A stretch of 52,388 nt of DNA from an uncultured Candidatus Sumerlaeota bacterium (lineage in GTDB: Bacteria; CAYMEV01), in the NCBI GenBank assembly GCA_964389675.1, contig CAYMEV010000025.1:1-52388 (forward strand), read 5' to 3'. A program made the translations under genes and the position numbers. The notes under the pieces are model-generated. The model saw only the letters and a program-made list of their open reading frames with translations. It was not told the DNA's origin and searched no databases. Below are positions 37,960-46,963 of the stretch, piece after piece; the first letter of the stretch is position 1; the number at the start of each line of letters is the position of its first letter.

Positions 37960-40900
37960 ATGGATATTGTCAACATTTCAGTAAAAAGGCCTGTAACCAT
38001 CTCTATGGTCATACTTTGTATCATCTTTATCGGGACGCTTTCCCTCAGAAAAATCCCTGTCGATCTCTTCCCTAAAATTAACAGGCCTATATTATCTGTT
38101 TACACAAGCTATGAGGGTGCATCACCGGAAGATATCGAGAAACTTGTCACCCTGCCTCTTGAAATGCAGCTGAGTTCCATAAGCGGACTGACAAAAATAG
38201 AATCAATCTCAAGGGAAGGTTCATCCAATATAAATCTTATCTTCTCATGGGATGTGGATATTGACATGGCTTTATCCGACATAAGGCAGAGGATCGATCT
38301 GATAAAGTTTCAGCTTCCTGAAGATATTGAAGCTCCCGTAATAAGAAAATTTGACCCAAACCAGGATCCTATAATGATTGTAAATATATCTTCTTCTTCT
38401 TCTCCGGATTACCTGAGAAACTATATAGAGGATGTTTTAAAGCCGATAATAGACAGAATTGTGGGCATCGCAGCGGTTAAAATTAAAGGGGGACTTGAGA
38501 GAGAAATAAGGGTCCTTGTCGACATAGACAAACTGACTGATCTCGGGCTGAGTTTTGAAGCAATAAAATCAAAAATCATTTCAGAAAATATAGAGAGGCC
38601 GGGAGGCAGGGTTGAAAGCGGAAAGAGAGAATTGCTTGTACGCACGATTGGCAAGGTCGAAAATGAGGATGACATTGCAAATATACTTCTTGCCAGGATA
38701 GATGACAGGCCGGTCTATATCGGAGATGTTGCAGAGATATTCTCAACCTATAAGGAGAGAAGGGAATTTGCAAGGCTTAACGGCCTCTTCTCGATATCTC
38801 TTGAAGTTTATAAGGTAAGTGAGGGAAACACGCTCAATATTGCACAAAACGTTAAGGATACCTTAAAAAATTACCAGTTTCCAAAAAATGTAGAGTATGC
38901 TATATCGTATGACCAGAGCAATTATATAAATAAAAGCCTTGATCTTGTCAAGGGTAAAGCTGTTACAGGAGCACTTCTGGCAGCCCTTGTACTGCTTCTG
39001 TTCCTGAAAAACCTTAAAAGCGCTTTTATAATATCGCTTTCAATGCCAATTTCAATAGTATGTTCTTTTGCTCCATTTTATTTTACAGGCATGACCCTCA
39101 ATGTATTTTCGATCGCCGGGATAGCGCTGGGAGTGGGACTTGTTGTTGACAATTCTATTGTCATCCTGGAAAATATTAACAGATACCAGAGGGACGGAGC
39201 CAGCTCAATATCTGCATCAATTGAAGGAACGAAAGAAGTTGGAGGTGCTGTACTTGCCTCCACTCTAACAACCCTTGCAGTATTCATTCCTATAATCTTT
39301 GTTTCAGGAATAGCAGGAAAGATATTCAAGGATCTTTCTCTTACAGTAATTTATGTTCTTTCATTTTCAATGCTTACAGCTATAACGATAATACCGATGT
39401 TATCTTCCAAGGTTTTAAAAGAGGACTTTACACGGCATATACAGAATAACTCAAAGAAGGGCATGCTTAAAAGAACAGGCTACTTCATCTATAGGATCCT
39501 TCTTCTTGACAGGATATCGGATTTCACAATGAAGCACTATAACATAATATTAAAAAAACTGACAGAATCCTTAAAATTCAGGATAATATCAGTAACACTG
39601 GTGCTGATTTTCTTTATAATGACTCTTTTTATGATTCCTGATACAGAACTTATACCCTCAGGAAGACAGAGGGAATTTTACATTACTTTCTCAACTCCGC
39701 TGGGAATTGGGATTGACAGGGCTAATGAGATCCTGATACGGATCGAGAAGATACTTACCGGAAATCAGGAAGTAGAAACTGTAAGTTCTTCTCTTTCAGA
39801 TATAGAAGGCATAAATGAAGGAGAAATCCTGTTCCTTTTGAAAGCAGAAAAAACATCAAAGGATATAGTCGAGAAGCTTAAAAGTGAGATTCAGGAAATT
39901 GTTCCAGCGGGATATGAATTTTCCATAAGGCCAATCTCAATATTTGAAAACATAATCTCAGATACTTCAGAAAAGACACTGACAGGTGATTTTGTCATCA
40001 AAGTAATGGGTACCGGTTTTGAAAGCATTGAAACATCTTCAGATTCGATATTCCAGTATTTTTCAGGCAACCAGAACATATCTGAGCTCAGGACATCAAA
40101 AAGCCAGTATAAGCCCCAGATATTGATTGAGATAGACAGATACCGTGCATCATCACTGGGATTATCAACCAATATGATAGCACAGACAATAAAGACCAAC
40201 CTTGCAGGAGATATTGCATCTGATATTAAGCAGAAGGGAGAACAGATAGACATAAATGTAATGGGTGACAGGAGCCTTTATACCAGCATTGATGATATAA
40301 AGAACATTCCATTTTATGTAAATATCGCAGATAAAACCATATCAGTTCCATTAAGCCATTTTGCTAAAGTAGAGACAGTTTCACGGCCCATAGAGATCAG
40401 GCATGAGGAAAGGCAAAGAATGATAGGTGTATCAGGCGATATCAAGAAGGGATATTCACTCGGCAAGCTTTTAAGCGATTTAAACATAGAGGAGTATAAT
40501 CTTGAAGCATTATCAGAAAAACTTGGCCTTTCGGATGATGTTTTTATTTCTCTTTCAGGCTCGGCACAAACCCTGCTTGAAAGTATATCTCAGCTAAAAG
40601 CTGCTTTTCTGATGGCAATTGCCCTTGTTTATATGATCATGGCAGCTCAGTTTGAATCCCTTCTTCAGCCGTTTATCATTATGTTTGCCATACCTCTTTC
40701 ACTCATCGGAGCATTTTTTGGTTTGAACCTCTTCGGATTTTCATTATCTATTGTAGCATTTATAGGGCTTATAATGATGCTGGGGATTGTAGTGAATGAC
40801 TCCATTCTGCTTGTTAACTACATAAATATACTTCGCTTAAGAGGGATTGAAAGAAAACAGGCAATAATTACAGCCGGAAATCACAGAATAAAACCGATAC

Positions 40901-41127
40901 TGATGACAACCTTCACCTCGCTTTTAGGCATGCTTCCCATGGCTTTTGGAATTGGTTCTGGATCTGAGTTTTATGCCTCAATGGCAATGGTGATCATATT
41001 CGGCCTGCTGTTTGCAACAATCCTGACACTCTTAATAATACCGGTAATATACATTATTTTTGACGATATAGCTGAACATTTCAGCCTCATTACACTCAGG
41101 CTGAAAAATCTGTTCTTAAAAATATAG
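37960..41127 (+). CDS. RND efflux permease (AcrB/MdtB-like) 1
   Basis: KRPVT, PVDLFP, GLVVDNSIV, STLTT, AAQFES, GIVVND and R.KPILMT. Confidence 0.95.
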   Translation: MDIVNISVKRPVTISMVILCIIFIGTLSLRKIPVDLFPKINRPILSVYTSYEGASPEDIEKLVTLPLEMQLSSISGLTKIESISREGSSNINLIFSWDVDIDMALSDIRQRIDLIKFQLPEDIEAPVIRKFDPNQDPIMIVNISSSSSPDYLRNYIEDVLKPIIDRIVGIAAVKIKGGLEREIRVLVDIDKLTDLGLSFEAIKSKIISENIERPGGRVESGKRELLVRTIGKVENEDDIANILLARIDDRPVYIGDVAEIFSTYKERREFARLNGLFSISLEVYKVSEGNTLNIAQNVKDTLKNYQFPKNVEYAISYDQSNYINKSLDLVKGKAVTGALLAALVLLLFLKNLKSAFIISLSMPISIVCSFAPFYFTGMTLNVFSIAGIALGVGLVVDNSIVILENINRYQRDGASSISASIEGTKEVGGAVLASTLTTLAVFIPIIFVSGIAGKIFKDLSLTVIYVLSFSMLTAITIIPMLSSKVLKEDFTRHIQNNSKKGMLKRTGYFIYRILLLDRISDFTMKHYNIILKKLTESLKFRIISVTLVLIFFIMTLFMIPDTELIPSGRQREFYITFSTPLGIGIDRANEILIRIEKILTGNQEVETVSSSLSDIEGINEGEILFLLKAEKTSKDIVEKLKSEIQEIVPAGYEFSIRPISIFENIISDTSEKTLTGDFVIKVMGTGFESIETSSDSIFQYFSGNQNISELRTSKSQYKPQILIEIDRYRASSLGLSTNMIAQTIKTNLAGDIASDIKQKGEQIDINVMGDRSLYTSIDDIKNIPFYVNIADKTISVPLSHFAKVETVSRPIEIRHEERQRMIGVSGDIKKGYSLGKLLSDLNIEEYNLEALSEKLGLSDDVFISLSGSAQTLLESISQLKAAFLMAIALVYMIMAAQFESLLQPFIIMFAIPLSLIGAFFGLNLFGFSLSIVAFIGLIMMLGIVVNDSILLVNYINILRLRGIERKQAIITAGNHRIKPILMTTFTSLLGMLPMAFGIGSGSEFYASMAMVIIFGLLFATILTLLIIPVIYIIFDDIAEHFSLITLRLKNLFLKI

Positions 41128-41129
41128 CA

Positions 41130-44100
41130 ATGTCTATAACAAGCTTAGCAATTAAAAAGCCAATTGCAAACCTGATGCTGCTGCTTCTTCTCGTTTTTAT
41201 CGGGATTATGTCCTACAGCAAGATCCAGACTACTCTTCTGCCTGATTTCTCATTTGAATTTCTATTTGTATATGCGACACTCGATAACACACCCCCGCGT
41301 ACAATGGTCAGCATGGTCACTGAACCAATTGAAGAAGCGATTAAGCTTCTTCCTAACACCGTCAGATATACAAGCAGAACAAGACAGAATGAAGTCAGCA
41401 TTTTTCTTCAGCTGGCTACCAATACAAATGTGCTTATCGCAAAAAACACGCTGGAGGATAATATTGCCCGGATCGGGCTACCGGAAAATTCACAATTTTT
41501 TGTATACCACTTTGATCCCCAGGATATACCTATTCTTTCCATAAATATAGATGCCAATGCTGATATTGAAAGGACCAAATACCTGGTGGATAATATCATC
41601 AAGCCGGAGCTTGAGAGAATTCAGGGCGTTGGCAGGATAGATGTACAGGGAGGTTTTGACAAAGAAATAGTCATACATCTGAGCAAAGATGCAATGGAAA
41701 AACACAGCCTGACAATAGGAACTGTCACAGCTGCCCTGTTTTCAGAGAATATACAGCAAAAAGGCGGAATTATACGCACAGGGAACAGGGAAACCATTGT
41801 AAAAGTGAACAGCAAGCTTGAATCTATCCAGGATATTGAAAACATTGTCGTAAGGACATACCCGAACAGGAAAGCTATTCTGGTCAAAGATATCGGATAT
41901 GTTTTTGAGGACTTTGAAACCAAGGATTATATCTATAAATTTAACGGAAAAGATGCCTACCTAATAGATATACTCAAAAAATCCAATGCAAATACTCTGG
42001 AAGTATCAAAAGCAGTAAAGGAAAAAACAGCTGAATTCGAAAAAAGATTCAATATCAAAATGACATATTTTAACGATTCATCAAAAACAATAACCAGCGT
42101 TCTCGATGCCATAAAGTCTGACCTGCTGAAAGGCCTGTTTTTCAGTTGCCTGGTGCTTCTTATTTTTCTCAGGAGCTTCAGGAGCATACTCACCATAGCA
42201 GTTGCCATACCCATTTGTATAATCATCACCTTCATACCAATGTTCTTTACAGGGATAAATATCAATCTTATATCACTGCTGGGATTTGCTCTTGTATCCG
42301 GAATGCTGGTAGATAATTCCATTATAATCATGGAAAATATTCACAGGTACAGGGTCATGGGGCATTCTCCCAACCAGGCATCCTTATTGGCTGTCATGGA
42401 GGTGAAGAGGCCTATTTTTGCCTCTACTCTAACTACAATTGCTGTTTTTTTCCCTATATTCATGATTGGAGGCCTTGCTTCAAGGATATTCCAGGATCTG
42501 TCTTTTACAGCAATATTTTCACTTTCAGCCTCTTATTTCGTTGCTATGAGCATAGTGCCAATGATCACTGCAAACTTTCATATAGAATCAAACTCAAAGC
42601 CCGGTTTTAAATTTGTAAACAGGGTATTTGACTCAAAACCCTTTAATGCCACAGGGACATTTTTTCAGAAAATGTTTGAAACAGGAAATAAAATAATACA
42701 GAAAAAATGGTATACACGGCTTATCTTCATAATAATGGTTATATTTATGATGATTCTGGGGTTTGTGTATTCATCTTTAAGCGGTGATTCCGAACAGATT
42801 GTGGACCAGACATACCTGCGCATCAATTTAGAATCTGTCCAGGGCACGAAAATGACTGAAATCGAGCGTATAATACTTGCAGTAGAATCATTTCTGAAGA
42901 GCAATGTTCCTGAAATAAAGAATATATCTACAGTGTCTCTTTCAGGACGCGGAAGGTTTTATATCGAATTGCATAAAAGAGATGAATTTATGAAAATGTA
43001 CCCTGATAAGGAATTCAGGGATGTTGATGATATTTCAAAACTTGTTTACGAAGAATTCAGCGGCATACCTGATGTTACCATAGAGTCAAGGACCAGGTCT
43101 CACGGTAACAGCGGAATTGATGGTTCAAGCAATGTGCTGAACATTATAGGAAAGGATATTGATTATCTGAAGGAAATAAGTGACAAGGCTGTAGCTGCAT
43201 TAAACAACCTTGATGAGCTTTATGAGGTTAATCCTGATTATGGTGTAGTCGGTTCAGAAATTGTCATTACACCTGACAGAAACAAGCTTGAATCACTTGG
43301 GCTTACAACACAGGAGATTTCTCTGCTGATATTAAGAGAGCTCGGCAGTGATATTGCTACCGAGATCTTTACCGACGGCGTGAAGAAAAAGGTCAGGCTG
43401 ACAGTTGACAGACAGCAATCGAAGAACATCGATACAATAAGGGACCTTACCATTAAACTCCCGAATAATATCCAGGTTCCGCTCGGAGAATTCATAGATA
43501 TAAGCATTGAAGCAGAAGCCCCGCAGATAATAAGGGAAAACAGCAAATATGTTAGCTATATTGAATTCAAGGCAGACAAGGAAGTCCCAATGACAAAGAT
43601 TATGGAAAAAATAACAAATAATGAAAAGACTGGCGTTCTTGACCAGATAATTCTCCCCCCTGGTTATTCTCTTGAATGGGGCGGCAGATTCCGGGGTTTT
43701 CAGGAGTCAATGAGTGATATGTATGTCTTTTTTATAGCTGGTTTGATACTGGTTTTTATGATTATGTCTGCTGAATTTGAATCACTTTTCCATCCATTCG
43801 TTATAATGTTTACTGTACCGGTTGCAATTTTCGGCGGTATCTTGAGCCTTAAGGCCCTGGGGCTTAATTTTTCCGAAAATGCGGCCATGGGTCTCGTCAT
43901 AATTATTGGAATTGTCGTGAATGATGCCATTATACTGATTGATTTCATAAACCAGGAAAGAAGAAGGGGAAAGGACAGGGTTGATGCCATAATTTCCGCC
44001 GGCCTGATAAGAATGAGGCCTATCTTTATGACAACACTGACAACTGTTGGAGCTATGCTTCCTCTGCTCTTCGGATTTGAAGAAGGTTCAGAATATAAAA

Positions 44101-44249
44101 AGCCCATGGCGGGCATAATTATCGGGGGTCTTAGTTTTGCATCATTTCTGACCCTGTATTTTATACCTGCCCTTTATTCATTCTTCGAGGATATTGTGGA
44201 AGCGTTCAAATTTGCTGTACTAAGACTGAAGGTTTCATTAAAGACATAA
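41130..44249 (+). CDS. RND efflux permease (AcrB/MdtC-like) 2
   Basis: GMLVDNSII, STLTT, SAEFES, GIVVNDAI and RMRPIFMT. Confidence 0.95.
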   Translation: MSITSLAIKKPIANLMLLLLLVFIGIMSYSKIQTTLLPDFSFEFLFVYATLDNTPPRTMVSMVTEPIEEAIKLLPNTVRYTSRTRQNEVSIFLQLATNTNVLIAKNTLEDNIARIGLPENSQFFVYHFDPQDIPILSINIDANADIERTKYLVDNIIKPELERIQGVGRIDVQGGFDKEIVIHLSKDAMEKHSLTIGTVTAALFSENIQQKGGIIRTGNRETIVKVNSKLESIQDIENIVVRTYPNRKAILVKDIGYVFEDFETKDYIYKFNGKDAYLIDILKKSNANTLEVSKAVKEKTAEFEKRFNIKMTYFNDSSKTITSVLDAIKSDLLKGLFFSCLVLLIFLRSFRSILTIAVAIPICIIITFIPMFFTGININLISLLGFALVSGMLVDNSIIIMENIHRYRVMGHSPNQASLLAVMEVKRPIFASTLTTIAVFFPIFMIGGLASRIFQDLSFTAIFSLSASYFVAMSIVPMITANFHIESNSKPGFKFVNRVFDSKPFNATGTFFQKMFETGNKIIQKKWYTRLIFIIMVIFMMILGFVYSSLSGDSEQIVDQTYLRINLESVQGTKMTEIERIILAVESFLKSNVPEIKNISTVSLSGRGRFYIELHKRDEFMKMYPDKEFRDVDDISKLVYEEFSGIPDVTIESRTRSHGNSGIDGSSNVLNIIGKDIDYLKEISDKAVAALNNLDELYEVNPDYGVVGSEIVITPDRNKLESLGLTTQEISLLILRELGSDIATEIFTDGVKKKVRLTVDRQQSKNIDTIRDLTIKLPNNIQVPLGEFIDISIEAEAPQIIRENSKYVSYIEFKADKEVPMTKIMEKITNNEKTGVLDQIILPPGYSLEWGGRFRGFQESMSDMYVFFIAGLILVFMIMSAEFESLFHPFVIMFTVPVAIFGGILSLKALGLNFSENAAMGLVIIIGIVVNDAIILIDFINQERRRGKDRVDAIISAGLIRMRPIFMTTLTTVGAMLPLLFGFEEGSEYKKPMAGIIIGGLSFASFLTLYFIPALYSFFEDIVEAFKFAVLRLKVSLKT

Positions 44250-44263
44250 AATTCAGGAATTAT

Positions 44264-45040
44264 CTATATTTTTTCAGCGATAATTAAAAGTCTCATAGAC
44301 ATCCTGTTTACAGGATGCTGATTAAATCCTGAGAAGACCTTTTTCGTTATGAAACCTGCTGTTTTTAAAAGCTGGCTGAGTTCTGTTGGATTATAGAGCC
44401 TGATAAAGAAATCTTTTATCTTGAGCCTGCTGTCCCTGAAAATAATACGCCTGGTATATATTCTTCCCGATTGGAAATCAAAACTGCTTTTCTCAATCAT
44501 ATAATTTTCATCTTTTTCTATTATATTGCATCCTTTGAAATTCATAAGCAGAACATCCCTGTTTATGGTATCTATGCAGAAAAGCCCTTTCTTCTTCAGT
44601 GATTTTGATATCCTTTTCAGTACCATCAAATTCGTATTATCATCAAAATACCCGAATGATGTGAACAATGATAATACTGCATCATATTCCTCATCATAAT
44701 CAATATTTCTCATATCTCCGACAATAAAATCCGGTTTTACTCCCTTATTATCTGCATCCTTCTTTGCTATTTCAATAAAACCCTTCATATAATCTATCCC
44801 TGTAATATTACACCCGTATAAAGCCAGCCTGTTTGCATGCCTTCCGTAACCGCAGGGTATGTCGAGAATCCTGTGCCCGGGCTTAATCTCAAGATTGTCT
44901 ATCAGGAATTCCGTTTCTGCATCAGTCCTCTCATCGGTGATCATATCCGAGTAGAAATACATATAATCATCTATCTCAAAGACATTTTCTATATCAAATT
45001 GAGTATCATCTTTCATACACATAACTGATCCATATAGCAT
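44264..45040 (-). CDS. Class I SAM-dependent methyltransferase
   Basis: ILDIPCGYGRH, GDMR and FTSFGYF. The start could instead be 45016. Confidence 0.9.
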   Translation of the reverse strand: MLYGSVMCMKDDTQFDIENVFEIDDYMYFYSDMITDERTDAETEFLIDNLEIKPGHRILDIPCGYGRHANRLALYGCNITGIDYMKGFIEIAKKDADNKGVKPDFIVGDMRNIDYDEEYDAVLSLFTSFGYFDDNTNLMVLKRISKSLKKKGLFCIDTINRDVLLMNFKGCNIIEKDENYMIEKSSFDFQSGRIYTRRIIFRDSRLKIKDFFIRLYNPTELSQLLKTAGFITKKVFSGFNQHPVNRMSMRLLIIAEKI

Positions 45041-45051
45041 AAAATAGAATA

Positions 45052-45723
45052 CTATTTATCATAACGCACTATAAAGCATTCTATTGCTTCCCTGCTGAAA
45101 TCATCCTGCTTGTCTTCTGCCATGTCCATACCATTAAAGGGGCCTATCCTGACCCGGTAAAAATCCTCATATCTTTCAAGATAGCCTTCAAAACCCCTTT
45201 TTTTCATAAGATCAAGAAGGTTTACAGCATTTTCCCTGTTTTTGAAACTGCCGATCTGTATCACATACAGGCCGCCGGATCCGGGCATTTCATGAGAATC
45301 AAGAATAATCATCCTCACAGGTACAACTCCATCTGCTATCATGTCTATCTTTTCTGCAGCTCCTAAGCTTAGATCGATATCCCTGCCCTTTATAAAGGGG
45401 CCTCTGTCATTTATCCTTACTGTAACAGATTTGCTATTATTCAGATTGGTTACTTCAAGGACTGTCCCGAAAGGCATTGTCTTATGGGCTGCTGTCAGGC
45501 CGTACATATCATAAATTTCACCATTCGCTGTCCTTCTCCCGTGGAATTTATGGGCATAATAAGAAGCATGGCCTGTAATAGCCGGCCCGGGTCTTTCAAT
45601 CTCAGTTTCAGCATGCCTGTAGCTTTCTTTCCTGCTCAAGCCGGAGCATGATACCAGGAGAAAGGACAGGCTCAATAATGATATAATCAGCAAGATTGAA
45701 AGTTTTCCTGGATGCTCAAACAT
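45052..45723 (-). CDS. rlpA: RlpA lytic transglycosylase lipoprotein with SPOR domain
   Basis: Lipobox LVSC, ASYY...[29 protein letters not shown] and SPOR motif IQIGSF....NA. Confidence 0.93.
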   Translation of the reverse strand: MFEHPGKLSILLIISLLSLSFLLVSCSGLSRKESYRHAETEIERPGPAITGHASYYAHKFHGRRTANGEIYDMYGLTAAHKTMPFGTVLEVTNLNNSKSVTVRINDRGPFIKGRDIDLSLGAAEKIDMIADGVVPVRMIILDSHEMPGSGGLYVIQIGSFKNRENAVNLLDLMKKRGFEGYLERYEDFYRVRIGPFNGMDMAEDKQDDFSREAIECFIVRYDK

Positions 45724-46674
45724 TCATTCCTCATTATTCCCGTAGAACTGGTTGATCAGGTCTCTTTTTGAGGGATCTGTGAAGAATTTCGCCTGAGGAT
45801 TATTCCAGTTTATCTCCTCTGTCGGGTCCTGGATAATGATCTTTTTACTTAAAAGAAAAGCCACAGCTTCCTCTATCTGGCTTATATCATATATCAGCAG
45901 TTCATTAAGTTCATTAAGTGAAATATTCTTATCCATTTTCCTGATCAGGTTTAAGACATCCTTAAAGACATCAGGAAGCTTATCCAGCTCAATGTTTATT
46001 TCTGAATAAACTGAGCTGTATATCCTCTTAAACCTGAAGTATACCGCCAGTTCCCCCTTCTTCATACTCGCAGTGTCCAGCCCTTCTATCCGCCTGCTGG
46101 AAATTACAATTGCACCTTTGCTTTTTATCCTGATAGCGTCCCCAACTGCAATATCCTTGCCTTTATTAACATATAGATCCAGTTTACTCAGCTTATCATT
46201 ATATACAAAAGCATATGCTCCATTCGTAAAGAAGGCTGAATAAGGCCCATAGCAGTTTATCCTGTGCATTTCCTGCAGGATATTATTAAAAAAACCTGTA
46301 CCAAATTCTATATTGCATTTATCTATATATCTGTTCAGGATATATCTGAAATTATATTCTGAATCATTCTTAGGCTGGCATTTCGATTTATCTATTATAA
46401 GTTCATCCCTGTAATATTTCTGCAGTTCACACAGGTCAATATATGAAAAATTATCAGGAGTGATGCTTAAATTCGATATTTCTGAGCATCCCGCACTGCT
46501 GCCTGAAAAAATTGCACACTCTGCTCTAAGGCTGAAACTGCCGCCATTAATGCTTGATGACTCAATCCTTGAATTACAGCCCCCGTTAAAATAGCTGATA
46601 TTATGCTCCAGTGTCTCTGCATCAATGCTTATAACTGCCTTATCGGGGCTTATGACTGCAAAGAAATCTTCCAT
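45724..46674 (-). CDS. Degenerate class II (Ntn) glutamine amidotransferase homolog with putative C-terminal wHTH
   Basis: MEDFFAV compared with family MCELFA; NDSEYNF, FFTNGAYAFVY, IVISS..I and KGELAV. ATG 46674 is best spaced from the GGGAGGT SD. Confidence 0.6.
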   Translation of the reverse strand: MEDFFAVISPDKAVISIDAETLEHNISYFNGGCNSRIESSSINGGSFSLRAECAIFSGSSAGCSEISNLSITPDNFSYIDLCELQKYYRDELIIDKSKCQPKNDSEYNFRYILNRYIDKCNIEFGTGFFNNILQEMHRINCYGPYSAFFTNGAYAFVYNDKLSKLDLYVNKGKDIAVGDAIRIKSKGAIVISSRRIEGLDTASMKKGELAVYFRFKRIYSSVYSEINIELDKLPDVFKDVLNLIRKMDKNISLNELNELLIYDISQIEEAVAFLLSKKIIIQDPTEEINWNNPQAKFFTDPSKRDLINQFYGNNEE

Positions 46675-46963
46675 GCTCAATACCTCCCATTTCTCAGGAT
46701 TATGGATATGATAAGCAAAAAAAACTCATTCGCTTATTCCCTGGTTTTATCATACTCCTGTAATTATTCCTGATATACTCCCAAATTACAATAAAAAAAA
46801 TCTGCAGGTTTTTATCAGGTTTTTTTGCATTTATAAATTTGATATTAAAAGGAAAAAGGATATATTTTTGAACCCATGAATAAAACTGGAAGAAGCTATA
46901 ATGCGGAAACCGGGATATGCAGGCCCAAAACTGCATTCAGCATATTAAATGATAATATATTTA

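Noticed and set aside
46700-46936. 78-aa ORF in an intergenic gap
   Set aside because: No SD, AT-rich low-complexity composition and no motif; more likely a promoter region.
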